Of a DNA stretch of 64,000 bases, positions 40,745-55,240 are shown piece by piece (within the stretch, counting starts at the first letter, position 1; every line of letters begins with the position of its first letter). The position numbers and the translations under genes were made by a program. This DNA is from Glaucostegus cemiculus (taxonomy: Eukaryota), in NCBI GenBank assembly GCA_976551045.1, contig CDPCPM010000076.1:34100001-34164000 (forward strand), read 5' to 3'. The notes under the pieces are model-generated. The model saw nothing but the letters and a program-made list of their open reading frames with translations. It made no database searches and was not told the origin of the DNA.

Positions 40745-41672
40745 TTACAGATCTGTCGGCTCTGTTTTAACCATTGAAGGAGCAGATATGGCACTTGGAT
40801 TGGGAGTCACATTACTGGGATAGTTAAGCAAGCTTGCTGCGTGTGAAAAAGTCTGGGAGTTTTCCAGTTTCAGAAATGGCATGGTATCGTGTAGCTCCGT
40901 ACCCATAAGAGTGTTATCTTGATCACGTTGGTGGTCTGAGTGCAGGGTTGATACTGAGCACTCTTCATTGGCTTCCAGTTTCACTACAGGAGTGAGAGCA
41001 CAATTCAGGCTGTGCGACAATGAACTGTTGAGGTTCTCAGAGCCATGTACAGTAGTTTCAAACTGTCTGTCCATTCCTTCTATCTTTATGACAGATGTCG
41101 CAATACCATTGGAATTGCTCAGCAATACAGTGTTGAGATGCTGATAGTTGGGTTCACCATCCACAGGACGACCAGGTTCTTCCACCATCCTGACTCCGGG
41201 AACAGTGGCATTTGCATTTGTGACCACAGTCTGAAATTCGGAAGTGTCCAGAATGGGTTCAGGTGGTTTAAGCACTGTGGCGATTACACTGCCTGGACGG
41301 TGAGCAACCACAGGCTGACCATTGCTGTTGAGGGTCACCAGTTGTGTGATGCAATCAAGGGAAGGTTGTACACAATTATTTATGGCTGTCTGAAATCCAT
41401 CAGATAATGAGAGACTGGTGGCTATCACCTGAGCCTGCTGGGCCTCAGTTAAGCCAACTCCATTTGTCACCGGCGGAGACAAAGTAGCCTGGATTGCGAC
41501 AGTTTCCTTAGATCCTTCTGAACATGGAATGGCACGTAAAATAACTTTGGAAGGACAACGGTCTGTTCCGGACAGCACAGTTGTGAGTGGTATAGTCTGC
41601 AGCATTAGAGTACCGACAGCATGTGTACCAGAAGTCACCACCATTGGAACCTGGTTTGGGACGCTTATTGTC
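40745..41672 (-). CDS. elf4: Terminal coding exon (928 nt to TAA) of ELF-subfamily factor
   Basis: Acceptor tataacag|G ACA, open frame to TAA at 40747-40745. Contains LQTIPLTTVL, VAHRPGSVIA, LTPVVKLE and ends SMVKTEPTDL, which resembles my recollection of mammalian ELF4 (LQTIPLTTVL, LTPVAELE, terminal IKMEPHDI). ELF4 versus ELF1 orthology is about 0.7 confident. Confidence 0.93.
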
Positions 41673-41779
41673 CTGTTATAGAGTCAAGAAAAATGAAAGT
41701 ATTCATTAATTAACATTATCTCCAGTACAACTAGTCAGCAGGAAAACAAAAGGCAGGACAATGACGGGATAAAACTTGG

Positions 41780-43250
41780 TGTCCTTTGATGCCTTCAGTG
41801 TATTTGTAAATGATTTAGCTGAGGGGACAGAAAGCCACATATCCACATTTGGTAAGAATACATGTAGACAGCAGCACCGAATTAAAAAGATATTAATTGT
41901 TTGAATGACCCAGTAAAATTGCAGAAAGCGCAAGATCATTCAATGTGAACCAAAGGAGGAAAGAATAGAACAGTTTCGAAATAGTGCAAGGTTATAAGCA
42001 ATGGGAGGCCAAAGAACTGAGGGTACAAAAGCAAAGATCAGTACATATTTAGGAAGAAAACAGGAAATAATTCAAAAGCTAATGGAACACTAGCTTTATA
42101 TCCAGATGACAGGAGTACAAGGAAACAGATATCATGCTACTGCAATATGAAGCCTTAATTAGAACAAACCTGGAGTTCTGAGTTAGTACACCAAGAACCA
42201 GGAATTAGGAGGAGTATGCCATCTGACACTTTGAGCCTGCTCCACCATTCCTCAAAATCCTGAGTGATCTTCTGCCTCAGCACCATCCCCATATCCCTCA
42301 ATTCCCTTAATATCCAGTAATCTATCTGTTTCAAATGAATAAGTCTCTACAGCCTTCTGGGATAGAAAATTCCACAAGATTCATCTCTCTCTGAATGAAG
42401 GAATTTCTCTTCATCTCAGTCCTAAAGGGATTTTGATCAATGATAATCAATGTATCCACCATCTCTAACTGTCAACTTGTTCAAAACTCCGGGGCGTAGA
42501 TCATCAGGTTCTTGTATAGTCCTCCAGTATTTGATCTAGTTTCTGCCATTTCCTTATTCCCCATTGAAAATTCTCCCCTCTATGTCGGTAAGGGATCCCC
42601 AGTTGCCGTCACTGGTCTTTTTTTGTTTTTACATATCAATACCAGTTCTTCTTTCCAACCTCTTCTTATGTTTTATGTTTCTCACCAGTTTATTATCATA
42701 TTCAACATCATTCTTCAGTCAGTTTCTTGGTCGTCCTTTGCTGAGTTCTAAACTACTCCCAATCCTCACACTTGTGACTATTTCTGGCAACCTTAAAAGT
42801 CTCTTCCTCGGATGTAATATTACCTTTAAATTCTCTCTTGGCCAAGGATGGACCAATTTTCCTGTGGTGTTTTTATACCTTGAAGGAATTTTTGAATGCA
42901 AATAGTTTATAATTTCTTTAGATGCTAATCACTGCCTGTTTACTGTCATACCTTCAATGCAGTTTCCCAAGCAATCACAGTCAACTCATCCCTCACAGTC
43001 TCCTTTGTTTAGATTTAAAACCTGAGTTTGACATTGAACTACAGTATCTTCAAACCTAATGTAAAATTCTGTTGTGGTCCACTTCTACAAAATCCCCTTT
43101 ACAACAGGATTATTAACTCTTTTTCACTGCAAAATATTAGATCCAAAATAGTTTTTCTCTTTCCTTAGCTGGTCCCTCAAGAGACTTTAAAAAACCATCT
43201 TGCATACATTCCATTAATTCCACCTTCACCTTATTACTGCTTACTTGACT
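41780..43250. mobile_element. Two decayed CR1 fragments in opposite orientations in the last ELF intron
   Basis: Plus piece about 41780-42220 (ctggagttctg) and minus piece about 42230-43250 (ORF 42719-42901 K..HPW..ENLK...KRL, CR1 ORF2-like). Confidence 0.55.
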
Positions 43251-43561
43251 AGCCTATATGTAGCATATTGGTCAGGAGAATTCAGATTTTAGAAAAATAC
43301 TCAGACTTTGCTTGGTAAATTATAAACAGGGGATAAATTAGGTCAACTTACTGAAAATGTATTTGAAAACCAGACTAATTTATATTGGACAACCATCCAA
43401 AGTTCACTTCTCATAAGGATTTTGGAAGAAAATGTTAAAAAAAAACATTGAGGATGGCGTAACATTACACTTAGCATCAATGTGAAATGAAAGAACTTGC
43501 TTCTTCCGTAAAACCATTCCTGAATTATAAATCATTACAATTACAGTAAAGTTTAGTGTTA

Positions 43562-43996
<435 letters not shown>

Positions 43997-44156
43997 TCAT
44001 TCAGAATTATACTTCTTGCTCAAGATAGAGGAAACAGGCCAGGCATGTTAATTAGGAATTAACCTGATCAATGCTTTAAAAACATAACAAGTTAGACAAT
44101 GCAACAATCCAGCTGTTACGGAGTGATCCAACCAGACCAAAATGCAGCTTTACTCA

Positions 44157-44483
<327 letters not shown>

Positions 44484-45997
44484 TTATCGAAATAATTCAA
44501 AACCAGCATTTCCAAAGCTTCCCAATTCTATTTTCTGGTTTGCTGGATTTGTCAATATTCACCTCCTGACTAGCTACTGCTACCAAGAATTCCTAAGCCT
44601 TCTGAGAAAGAGTTATTTGAATTGCAATAAAATATCCATTGATTTTTTTGTTAAAGTTACACCTTGACATAATTTTATTATACAATAATTTAATGGCTCC
44701 TTGAATGAAAAATTAAGTAAATAGCTTTCCACTGCTTTGATTAAAACTAAGTACCTACTCAAGACTTCATCTGGTTTACGGGTTTGTCAAGGAAAGATAC
44801 TGAATATTTTATGTAAGAAATAGAAGCCAGGTTGCTTTGTGTGAAACTTTGCTGTCTGCAATATAGGAGTGACCAATAGCATTTTTAGTAGTGTCGATTG
44901 GAAACAGGGATACAACAGTGGACCACTTCAATATCATGAAAGGTGCTATGTAAATGCAACTCTCCCTTTTTTCATTGCTTAATTCTTGGTCAAAAGTATT
45001 GACAGACAGCTTATTAACTGGCCTCCAATTACACTGATGCATGACCAATAGAATTTGCAGGAATACAATTGTGGTTTCTTCAATATGCCAGGATTTTCTC
45101 TCTCTCTCTCTTTCGTCTCCACCCAACACTCCCTGCCTCCTCGCCCCGGAACATACTGCCAGAGGAGGTGGTGGAAAGAGTCACAATCACCATGTTTAAG
45201 AATTATTTAGGCAAACACTTGGGCATAGAAGGATGTGAACCTCATGTGGGTAAATGAGATTAGTGTAGACTGGCAAAAAGGTCAGTATGAACATGGTGGG
45301 ACGAAAGCCCCGTTTTTGTGCTGCATGACTCTATGACTCTGATTGTAACACATTAAAATTTACCACCAATGAGGTCACCACCATCACACCACTGACCCAG
45401 ATCTCCCAAAAACAAATGGGACTGGCCACACAAGGCATTCATAAAGCAACCTGAGTGAAAATAGTCATTTTTTGTGGTTGATATTTGTTGCCAGAATGGA
45501 GTTTTATCAATGATAACAAGGAAAATACTATTCTTTATTTGCAAGCAAGCCTTGGAGGGTGACTATGTTTTCCAGTTTTTATTAGGTTAAACCAAAAATT
45601 CAAGACGTTACCATCTATCATGAATTTATATAACACACAAAGTTACAATTTCATTTTAAAGTTACTGACATTAAGTGACAAAAAAAGATGAAACATTGCT
45701 CTACTTTGAGTAGCCAGCACCAGTGATCATCACTGCAGACCAAGGACATGGCATGTCTACGTGCAAGAGGATGCAAGACTACAACAAATTCTCTAGCTGA
45801 GTAACATCTAGGAATTCTTTCTTACTACAGTATTACACAGCATGGGAAGAGGAAAGTTTTAGGTCCTTGGTCTGAAAAGTATCCCAATTCAGTGATGAAA
45901 GTAAACAGGTTCAGGTTGGTACAGTGTACTGATGAGAGACAGGTTGATGTAATCAGCATAAAATGGGTTAAACTGACAACTTCATATTTTATTTTAT

Positions 45998-46300
45998 AGT
46001 ACACAACGCAGGAAGAGGCCATTTGGCCCAGCGAGTCTATCCCAGCTCTTGGAGCAGTAACATTCCCCCATTTATTTCCCTGTAACCTATTATCTTTCAC
46101 ATGCCCCTCTACTCTCCCGATTCTCCTGCACCTACTTAATTTACAGGAGCCAACAAACCCACCAAATGTCTTTGGGACGTGGGAGAAAATCAGAGCACTC
46201 AGGAGAAAACCTACAGAGAGAACATGTGAACTCCACACAGACAGTACCGAAGGGTCACTGCAGCTGTGAAGTAGCAGCTCTAACTGTGGTACCATGTTAG
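45998..46300 (-). mobile_element. Old V-SINE remnant (similar remnants at about 18130-18400 and 31050-31350)
   Basis: Reverse-strand V-domain-like gtgggagaaaatcagagcactcaggagaaaacctacag...aactccacacagacag. Confidence 0.6.
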
Positions 46301-46652
46301 CAACAGGGCCGGACCAGAAAAAATGTAAGTTACTTTCAGGTGTAGCCAAAACCTCTGCTAAGCATTAGAACGCTTGACCATTCAGCTTTTCTTTCTAATT
46401 CTGCAGCAAGTGCAAGTTGTTTTGGGCTCTCAAGTTTAAAACCAATGAAGCGGAATTCTGGAGAGGGAAAAGAGAGAAGAAAGGGGGTGAACAAGTGACA
46501 GAACAGCAAAAAAAAACTTTTTTTTTGCTTTGTCAGCAGATCCATCACTCAGTGTTAACACAACATCATTTTGCTGATGATACAAAAAGCCACTGAAAGA
46601 TAAATCACAATGTTTGTGCAACTGTTGAGCTGTCACGCTAATGATGCTTTAC

Positions 46653-46736
46653 CTTTCCCATCCTTATTTTTCTTTTTAATTGGAAGGTGTGGAGCTGTGA
46701 CAGGCGAAGACGGGCGAGAGGGTTTCATCTTCCGAC
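46653..46736 (-). CDS. elf4: ELF-subfamily ETS factor coding exon (84 nt, phase 1-1)
   Basis: Acceptor ttttccag|GT and donor AAA G|gtaaag. Encodes (G)RKMKPSRPSSPVTAPHLPIKKKNKDGK(G), the conserved pre-ETS segment. Confidence 0.92.
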
Positions 46737-47396
46737 CTGGAAAATAAAATCACATCACTCTGTGCAAACACACGGCATCCTCTGATTAACACTGCCATCT
46801 ACACTACAGCAAGCTCCAATGTATAACAGCCACACAACGCGCGTGTGTGTAACTAGTAATTGCAAAAACAATTTGGAGAAAATTCTACATGAATAGAAAT
46901 CCACCACTGGCAGAATGTGCACCAAAAGGCTACTGACTATTTAAAGAGGCACAAATTATCTGGGAATTTTTATTCCAGAACTGAAAGACTTCCATTTCAA
47001 CTGAATAGAAAGTGTCTCAGTGTGTTAAAGTACATTGCTTCAAGAAGTTCAGTACTGTTGTTGCAGTTAAACTTCAGTGTTCTTGCAGATGCATGCTAGT
47101 ATTAATGCAAAACTAAAACAATAACCGTCAAATACGTTAAAGGCACAAGAAGCAGGAAAGCACTCTTACTGATTGAAGTCTGCAGTCCAACTTCGGGTTT
47201 AAAGCCATAAGGGACTACACAATTGAATCACCTTATGAAAACACAATTGTGTTGGCCACACAATATGAACTCACTGTCTTTTCTCATGACAAGGAAGGGT
47301 TAGAAGCGAGTTAATTAACATTGTTTCTGCTCGGGATAATGTGCCCCATTAACTCAAAAATCTGTGTATTATTCCAGAGTGCAAAAAAGTAGGTTT

Positions 47397-47650
47397 AATT
47401 TAAATTTAAATTTTACTTACAGCGTGGTAACAGGCCCTATCAGCCCAACAAGTCCGCGCCGCCCATTTTAAACCCCCAAATTAACCTACCCATACGTCTT
47501 TCAGAATGTGGGAGGAAACCGCAGCGCCCGGAGGAAACCCACGCAGACACGGGAAAACGTACAAACTCCTTACAGTCAGCGACGGGAATCGAACCCCGAT
47601 CGCTGGCACTGTAACAGCATCGTGCTAACTGCTACATTATCGTGCCGCCC
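47397..47650 (-). mobile_element. tRNA-derived V-SINE (HE1-like) in ELF intron
   Basis: Reverse complement of the 2463-2716 family, including A/B boxes, V-domain and (aaattt)n tail. Confidence 0.9.
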
Positions 47651-47689
47651 TAAGTTGTATGAAGTTGGTATCAAATAAAATTCAGATAC

Positions 47690-48495
47690 AATATTCAGTG
47701 TTCCATTGCTAATGGCACAAAAGTGGATGGGATTTTGAGTTATAAGGAGGCTGCATGGAAGTTTTAAAGCCATTGTACATACTCAGTGAATAGACAAATA
47801 CTTGATAAATGCATTACAATATAGCTAAATGTTAAGGTTATCCACACTGGTAGGAAAAACAGAAAGATAGAGCATTATTTCAGTGGTGATTGACTGGAAG
47901 ATGTTGACATACAAACAGACCTGGATTTCCTTATATACCAGTAAATGGAAGCAAGCATCCAGGTGCAGTTTTGATCTCCTCACCCAAGAAATAATATACT
48001 TGCCACAAATGTGTATAGGGAAAGATTCACCAGACTGATCACAGGAATGGCAGGACTGTCATATAAGGAGAGTTTGAGTTGACAAAGCATGGGAGTTTTA
48101 AAGGGTGAGAGTGGATCTAACTGAAACATACAAAATTTAAATATGGCTAAAAAGACAGATGTGGTGAGGGTGTTTCCTCTGGCTGTGGGATCTAGAACCA
48201 GGAATGTGTTCACCATTTCAGGACTGTGTTTAGGATTGAGATAGAAGAAATCTCTTCAATGGATGGTGAACCTATGGAATTCTCTGCCACAAGAGGCTGT
48301 GGAGGCTAATACATTTAAGATACGTAAACGTTGAATACGTTTAAGAAAGAGGAAGAGAGATTTCCATCTATCAGAAGGCATTTTGGGAGAGTGAGAATAA
48401 TTGAGATGAGAATTAGTCATGATTGTATTGAATGATGGAGCAGTCTTGGAGGGCCATATGGCCTACTCTTGCTCCTATTTTCTATGTTCCTATGA
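47690..48495 (+). mobile_element. Decayed CR1 LINE 3' fragment
   Basis: aaatgttaaggttatccacactggtaggaaaaac, agattcaccagactgatc, gatggtgaacctatggaattctctgcc and tail ggcctactcttgctcctatttctatgttcctatg. Confidence 0.75.
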
Positions 48496-48648
48496 ACCAA
48501 CAATATGGCTTCATTAAGTGTGCAATTATGCAACTAAAAACTGCAAGGCAAAATAAATCAGCACTGCAGAATTGCTCACAATATCCACTTGAGGACCTCT
48601 GGTTGTTTCTCTTTTCCCATAAACACAATCCTCAAACCTAGAGCTTAC

Positions 48649-48825
48649 CTTTCTTTTTCCTTTGTTTAAGTGCATTTTTTCTGGGCGACTCGTATGCAGA
48701 ATCGTCTTCATCAGCTGCTATTGGAGTTGAAGGTCTGATTACATTGGGGATTTTATCTAATGCAACAGTGACTGGTGAAGCAGATTCTGTCATTTCTCCA
48801 TCCAGCGGGTGTGCAAATCCATGAA
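48649..48825 (-). CDS. elf4: ELF-subfamily ETS factor coding exon (177 nt, phase 1-1)
   Basis: Acceptor tttag|TT CAT and donor AAA G|gtaag. Encodes HGFAHPLDGEMTESASPVTVALDKIPNVIRPSTPIAADEDDSAYESPRKNALKQRKKK, ending in a basic NLS-like run. In frame with both neighbouring exons. Confidence 0.85.
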
Positions 48826-49265
48826 CTAAACAGGGATTTAGGTGGGAGAAGGAGGGAGAAAGAGAAAAGTGGGAGGGGGATAAAAATAACATTAAGGCCT
48901 TGAAAGGTATTAGTTTGAGAATTTATTTTTCATTAGTGAAACATGCCATGTTTGGCATAGGTGTACCAGTACCATTGTCAGGTCAACAATAAGATTTCTT
49001 TAGTGTGCCAGTTGCACTCCATTGTAATACCTAAACACATTCGATTTGTTATCTTTACTTCTCCTACATTCCAAGTATAGCAGCAATTCGCCTTCATAAG
49101 ATCAATAGAATTTCCCATTTACATATTAAAAAAATTGTGGTTCAAGCCAGAGACCCACCCTTGTTTTGTACAGTTGGCATTACAACAGGAACATACAATT
49201 ACTTCAGGCAGAATGAAAAGCTAAAAGCAAAACATAAAAAAACTGTATCTGCAACTAAAACTCAC

Positions 49266-49373
49266 ACATTCTCTTTTCATCCAAGATAGCATTCGGGGAT
49301 TCCATGTTAAGAAGTGCTTCAGCAGCCTCGATTGTCTCCATTGTTTCATCTTCATTCTGGCAGGAAGCTTCCA
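49266..49373 (-). CDS. elf4: ELF-subfamily ETS transcription factor (probable ELF4), most 5' coding exon found in the window (108 nt, phase 1-1)
   Basis: Acceptor cccacag|TG and donor ATG T|gtgag. Encodes (V)EASCQNEDETMETIEAAEALLNMESPNAILDEKRM, containing the ELF1/2/4 N-terminal motif TIEAAEALLxMxSP. Not in the ORF track, translated by hand. Confidence 0.9.
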
Positions 49374-50654
49374 CTGTGGGTTAGAGAATTGTCAAAACAA
49401 GTTAGAAAAGAAAAAAGCATTTACACGATCACAAAATAAAATTCGAGGAAAGAGGGATATCTATGAAGGTCCTGTCTTTACTCATATGTAATGGTATTCC
49501 AAGTGCATTTTCAGGAACCTTTTAAGTGTGAATAGACATTCTGTCACTTTAACCAGTGCCAAACTCCTTCATCACCCTGTGAGGAAGATTCACAACTGTC
49601 CTCTAATCCACATACATTAAGACTCTGTTGTAGGGGTGTAGGTCCTTCATATACACCTCATCATGCCTCACAGCCTCATGAATGGAGGAGAGATCCTGGG
49701 CTAGGAAATTTTAGGTTAGTCAATTTAATTTTCCAGCCGTGGCAACATCCTTGTATTCCATCAGTAGCATGGTGACCCAAACTGTATGCAGTGCTCCAGA
49801 TGTGAAACAACTAATGTCTTACACAGTTAAAGTCCAGGGTGTCCCTTTGTCCATTGTCTAACTTTCCAGCTACTTTCAAGCGGATGTGCATTGTTACAAC
49901 CTTGTTTCTCTACATTTTTAAAACTCCTGTTCCTATGGGGTATGCAAACTTCCAAATTCTGCTCCCAACATTGCTCCAAGCCATAATGACATATGCAATT
50001 TAAAAAATGGGGGCAAGGGGACTAATTTTGAGCCCCATGCACTCAACCCTCCAGTCACAGAACTTATATTTACTATTATCCTTTGCAGCTAATTTTAGAT
50101 CAAATTTGCCACTTACCCATGAATCCCACAGGCTTTTATTTATATAATCTTTTCAGAAGCTTCAAATTTCATAAAGCCTGCACCAAACCCATTATCTCAA
50201 GCTTTTGTAACTCTGTCAGGCACAATCATCCCTCAACATATCCATGCTGTTACTCTTGTTTAATGACTTTCTAAATGACTACAATAATTTGCCCACAACA
50301 AAAATTCAGCTGACTGCCCAATAATTATTTGATATTCCCCTTTTTCCCTTTTTAAACTATCCTATACCCGACACTGTTGTAGACAGGATTAGAAAATGAT
50401 GGTCGGAGTTTCCACTGTTCCTTTTCTTGCATCTCATTAACAGCTTGGAATATTTTTCATTGGGAGGTGGCAATTCACCTACTTTCCATGATGCTAAATC
50501 ACTTTCTCCTCCTCTGCTCCCAATTGCAATTATTCATCCCATATTTCACTCTTCCTCCCATCTTTTGTGAAGTCAAGGGCAATATGTTTTCCACATCTAC
50601 CTCATTGCTTTCTAATCTGCCTTTTCTCCTGTGGCTAACCTCTGGTTCCCTTAT

Positions 50655-52905
50655 AGAATCATGGAGTCATACAGCACAGAAACAAGGTCTATGGCCCACG
50701 GCGTCCAGGCTGAATCTTTTGCCAATCAACACTAAACCCATTTTCCTGCATTCGGGCTGTATCCTTCTATGCTTTGCCTATTTAAGTGTGTGTCCAAATA
50801 TCTGTTAAATGTATTAATTGTACCTGATTCCACCAGCTCCTCTTGGATAACGGTCCAGATATAAAACCACTCTGTGTAAAAAAAAATTATCTCAGACCCT
50901 CTTTGAAACTTCTTCCTCTCACTTTTAACCCATGTGCTCTCATTTTTGACAACTCCACTATGGAGAAAAGATTTTGACCATCTTCTTTATCTATACCTCT
51001 CACAATCATATATACTTCCATCAGGCTACCCCTCAACAACCTCCTCTCCAGGGAAGCCCAGTCCATCTAATCTCTCCACTTAACTGAAGTCCTCCAATCC
51101 AGGAAACATCTGGCGATTCTCTTTGATGCAATCACAGCCTTCTTATATTGTGGTGACCAGAAATGCACAAAATACTCCAAGGTGACCTAACAAGTGCTTT
51201 ATAAAGTTGCAACCATAATGTCCCAACTGTTAGATCCTATGGACTGCACTATGAAGACAAGCAAGCCATATGCCTTCTTCACCACCCTACTTACTGTGTT
51301 GCCATAGTTCAGGGAACTATGGACCTGGACTCCTAGGTCTCTCTGTTCATCAACATTCCTTAGTGACCTAGTATTTACTGTATATACACCATCCCTATAC
51401 GGTTTCCAAAATGCATCACCTTGCACTTGTTGGGGTTAAATTCCATCCACCAACCATCTGCCCAACTTTTCATCTGATGTGTATCCTGCTGTAGCCTTAG
51501 ACAACCTTCCTCAATATCCACACCACCACTGATTTTCATGTCATCCAAAAAATTACGAATCACCCTTCTACATTCATATCCAAGTCATTTATAGCACAAA
51601 AAGCAAAGGTCCCAGCACCGAACTCTGTGGTACACCACTAATCACAAATTTCTAATCAGAGGAATATCCTTCCACCACGATCCTGTCACCAAGCCAATTT
51701 GGATCCAATTAGCCAGCTCACCTTGGATTCCATGTGCCTTAATCTTCTGGACCAGCCTACTGTGCGGGACCTTGTTAACTGCCTTACAACAGTCCATTTA
51801 GACGGCATCTACTGTCCTGCCTTCCTCAATCTCCTTTGCTACTGCTGCAAAACACTCAATCAAATTAGTGAGACAGGATTTTCCCCATACAAAGCCATAC
51901 CAATTGTCCCTGATCACTCCCTGCCTTCCCGAATGTAGACAAACCCTATCCCTTAGAATTTTGTCCAATAATTTTCCTACCACTGATGTAAGGGTCACCA
52001 ACCCATAGTTACCTGGCTTATCCCTGCTACCCTTCTTAAATAAAGGAACAACGTTAGTATGCTCCAGTCTTCTGGTACCTCACTTGTGGCTAATGAAGAT
52101 GCAAAAATCTCCATCTGCACCCCAGTATTTGCTCCCTTGTTTCCCATACCATTCAGGGATGGATCTCATCTGCCATTGGGGATTTATCCACTCTTATGCT
52201 TACCAAGGTACCTAACAACTCAATCTTCTAAATACTGACGTGCTCCAGAAAATCAACATATCCTTCTCTGAACTCGTTATCATCCACGCCCTTCTCCTTA
52301 GTGAACACAAATGAGATGTATTCATTTCAGACCTCACCCACATTATCTGGCTCCACACATAGAATGACTTATGAATCTTAAACTTATCTAACTTCTTTCT
52401 TAGGTACTCTCCTTTACCATTTCTATTCCTCAAGGGACTTGCTTGACGTCCTATACCTGTCATATTCCTCCTTCTTTTCCCGATTAAACCTTTAATAACC
52501 TCTGTCATCCAAGGTCCCCTAATTTTGTCATCTTTTCCTTTCACCCTTACTAGAACATGCTGTCCATGAACTCCTAATAACTCTCTTTTAAATAACCTCC
52601 ACTTATCAGATGTTGCTTTATGTACAAGCTGATTTAAATTTTTTCCGAAAGCACATGCTTCTAAAGCGTAATCTGCTGGCTTATGCAAGTCCCACCATCT
52701 CCAGAACCAGTCTCAATGCCCAGGAAGCTAACTCCCGGTCTTCAGCATCTTCCACAGTGTCTTCCTTTACTGCACTCACCAGCTTGTGGCACTGGGAGTC
52801 ACCTGGAGACCACTGCATTTGAGGTCCAGCCTTTTAGTTTTCCTAGACACCTGAAATGTACCTATAGGTTCTCATCCCTCCCCTCCATGTCATCTGTAAA
52901 AATAT
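50655..52905 (-). mobile_element. CR1 LINE about 2.2 kb, frameshifted RT through 3' end
   Basis: VTLTSVVGKLLDKILRD...GFVWGKSCLTNLIECF, DDMKISGGVD.EEGCLRLQQD...WMEFNPNKCKVMHFG and QRDLGVQVHSSL. Confidence 0.92.
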
Positions 52906-55110
52906 AGATCACTTAGTTCTCAGCCAGATTTCCCGGCTGAGAATGTTCCTCAGCCAGTCAGAGGCCCTTAAAAATCTAAAAAAAATAATGCAGATGCTGG
53001 AAATCTGATAAACAAAGCAGAATACACTGTAGAATATTCAGCAGACCAGGCATTTGTAGAAAGAGAAACAGGTTGAACACCCTTCATCAGAGACATCTTT
53101 GACCCTTGTACCAAATGAAATGCTGCACAAGTCATTAGCAGATGCCATGGTGAAAATGAAGACAGCCACATAATAATACAGGCTGAACAATTCCAGCAAC
53201 AAATTAGGATTGATGAATGGCTATAGAAGTTTTTTTTAAAGGAGCAAACAGCAATATAATTGGCAGGTTAAAATAAAAATCATGCAACACCCTAGCTGCA
53301 ATCCATAACCTAGTGCTTACTCTGTACAAGTAATGAGGGCAATCAAGCCATTAAATCACAAACCCTCAAGGGTTTAATGGAGATGCCAACTAATCACTAC
53401 TTTTTATGTTTTGGCAGCAACACTGACGTCTCTGCTAGAGATAGAGCCCTGGCAGCAATCTGCAAAAGCTGCAAAGAAGCAAACAAAAGTAATGATTCAA
53501 ACAGTTGCTGAGATTGCTCAAGTATTAACAACAGGCTCCTGTCTGCACTACACCAGACAAGCCAACTGAAGAGCAAGACAGCAAGCCCCACTAGCCCCAG
53601 GTCCCCTGGAAACTGTTTACAGGCAAATGCATTAAGTTGCCAAATATAAACACTTCTTTGTCAGAATCTGATGTGATTCAGTATCACAGCCAAAGCCTCA
53701 CAAGGAGTAGGCATTTTGATTGATTTTATTTGTTCGGTTTGCCACAGATCCCAGCTGTGAAATGTTTCTGTAGCCATGCCCTCTGCAATGTGTCACCACA
53801 GTGGAAGCTTACTGAAAGTTAAACCAAAACTACTGGAGGGGGGGAGGTGGTATGTGACAGCACTGGAGGATTGTTCAGTAGCAAGATGTCAGCATCACCA
53901 CTAGTGAAACCACATGTAAACAACAAGGGCTCTAACAACCCCAAAATACTGGACCCCCAGGTTGTTCCTCATGGCAACTCCACATGATTTTGCATTAACA
54001 TTGCATTTTGTAGACTTCTGAAGTCATGCTTTACATACCACACAGAGATGCAGCTGTAAATCCAGAGGTCAATTGGAAGTAAACTAATGTTTTTCAGAGT
54101 GGTTTAAGCCTGTAACTTTCTTACTCCAGGTCATGAGATTTAAGAAAAACCTTGGAATGACTGCACCCTCTTTATAGTCTGACCTCTACACGATGGATAT
54201 GCAGAAGTGACGAATACACTGGAGGAGCTAGATTTCTTTGGCAAGTCACAGAATCAGCCATCTCAGACTGATTAAAAATTAAACATGAAGTGTTGTTAAA
54301 TTGTTTGTACATATCTCTTTAAAGGCTAAAATTTGAAAATTTTCCACATTTTCCAAATCCATGGCAAGGCCAGTTACAGGACAACCTGCCAATCAGGATT
54401 CTGGCCATGTCTGTGGGAATGTCAGTAAGAAGACGTGTATGTTCAGGTTACAGCATTTAACACAATGAAGAGATTTTTTTAAAAGTCCGCAATACGTCTG
54501 GAGTGCTGATGTACCGTTTTAATACATTTTTGACCTTTTCCATCAACAAAACAGCCAGAAATAATTACTTGGCTCCAAGCTTCAACTTTCTGAAAATTGT
54601 AGCAACGTTAAATACTCATCCTCTTCCACAGTTTAGTACATTTAGATGTGTCATGAGAACACTTGTTATTTCCTTACATATTCATACATAGCCTCTCTTA
54701 AAACAAAATTACAGTCAATATAAGTCTTCACAATTTGTCCTGAATGGCTGCAAGGCAGTAGGTGCAAGGTTTTAAAGACACATATCTCAGCAGTTCAGAT
54801 AAATAAATTACTGAAATAGACTCAGAAATCTTGTACACTGCACAATGAAAAGTCAGCTCAGTCATAATAGTAAAGGCCATTTCTCCCAATGGCTTGAAGT
54901 TAAAGCCTTTAAATAAACTTTCCAAGAACTAAAATTTACAAGACTGTTCAATGGTTAAATTTAATTTCAATATTGTGAAATCTACATCTAATTATTTAAG
55001 TTTGCATTTCTGCAGTATTGACATGAGGAAGAAATGAGATCAAATTTTGTTATTCTTTAGAATCTAGTCGCCAGGTTGCACAATCACAGACTAATATATT
55101 GCAACCAAAA

Positions 55111-55240
55111 TACAGACAACCCCTGCACAATGGAGGGTTTGCATTCCTAGAAACATGTCCATATTGTGATTTTCTGTAACGCGAACCCCCTTTTCCCATT
55201 GAATCCCATGTTATAAGCAGAGATGTGATCCTATGGCTGT
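55111..55240 (+). mobile_element. Possible Tc1/mariner (Tigger-like) left-end remnant
   Basis: TA followed by CAGACAACCCC...gggtttgcattcctagaaac and a cccattgaatcccatgttat motif resembling Tigger ends. No right end found. Confidence 0.35.

Noticed and set aside
41045-41407. 120-aa plus-strand ORF
   Set aside because: Antisense shadow of the ELF terminal exon.
53397-53591. Hydrophobic 64-aa ORF resembling a signal or TM peptide in the elf4 intron
   Set aside because: Non-ATG start, no splice support and no similarity to ELF alternative N-termini. Likely chance.
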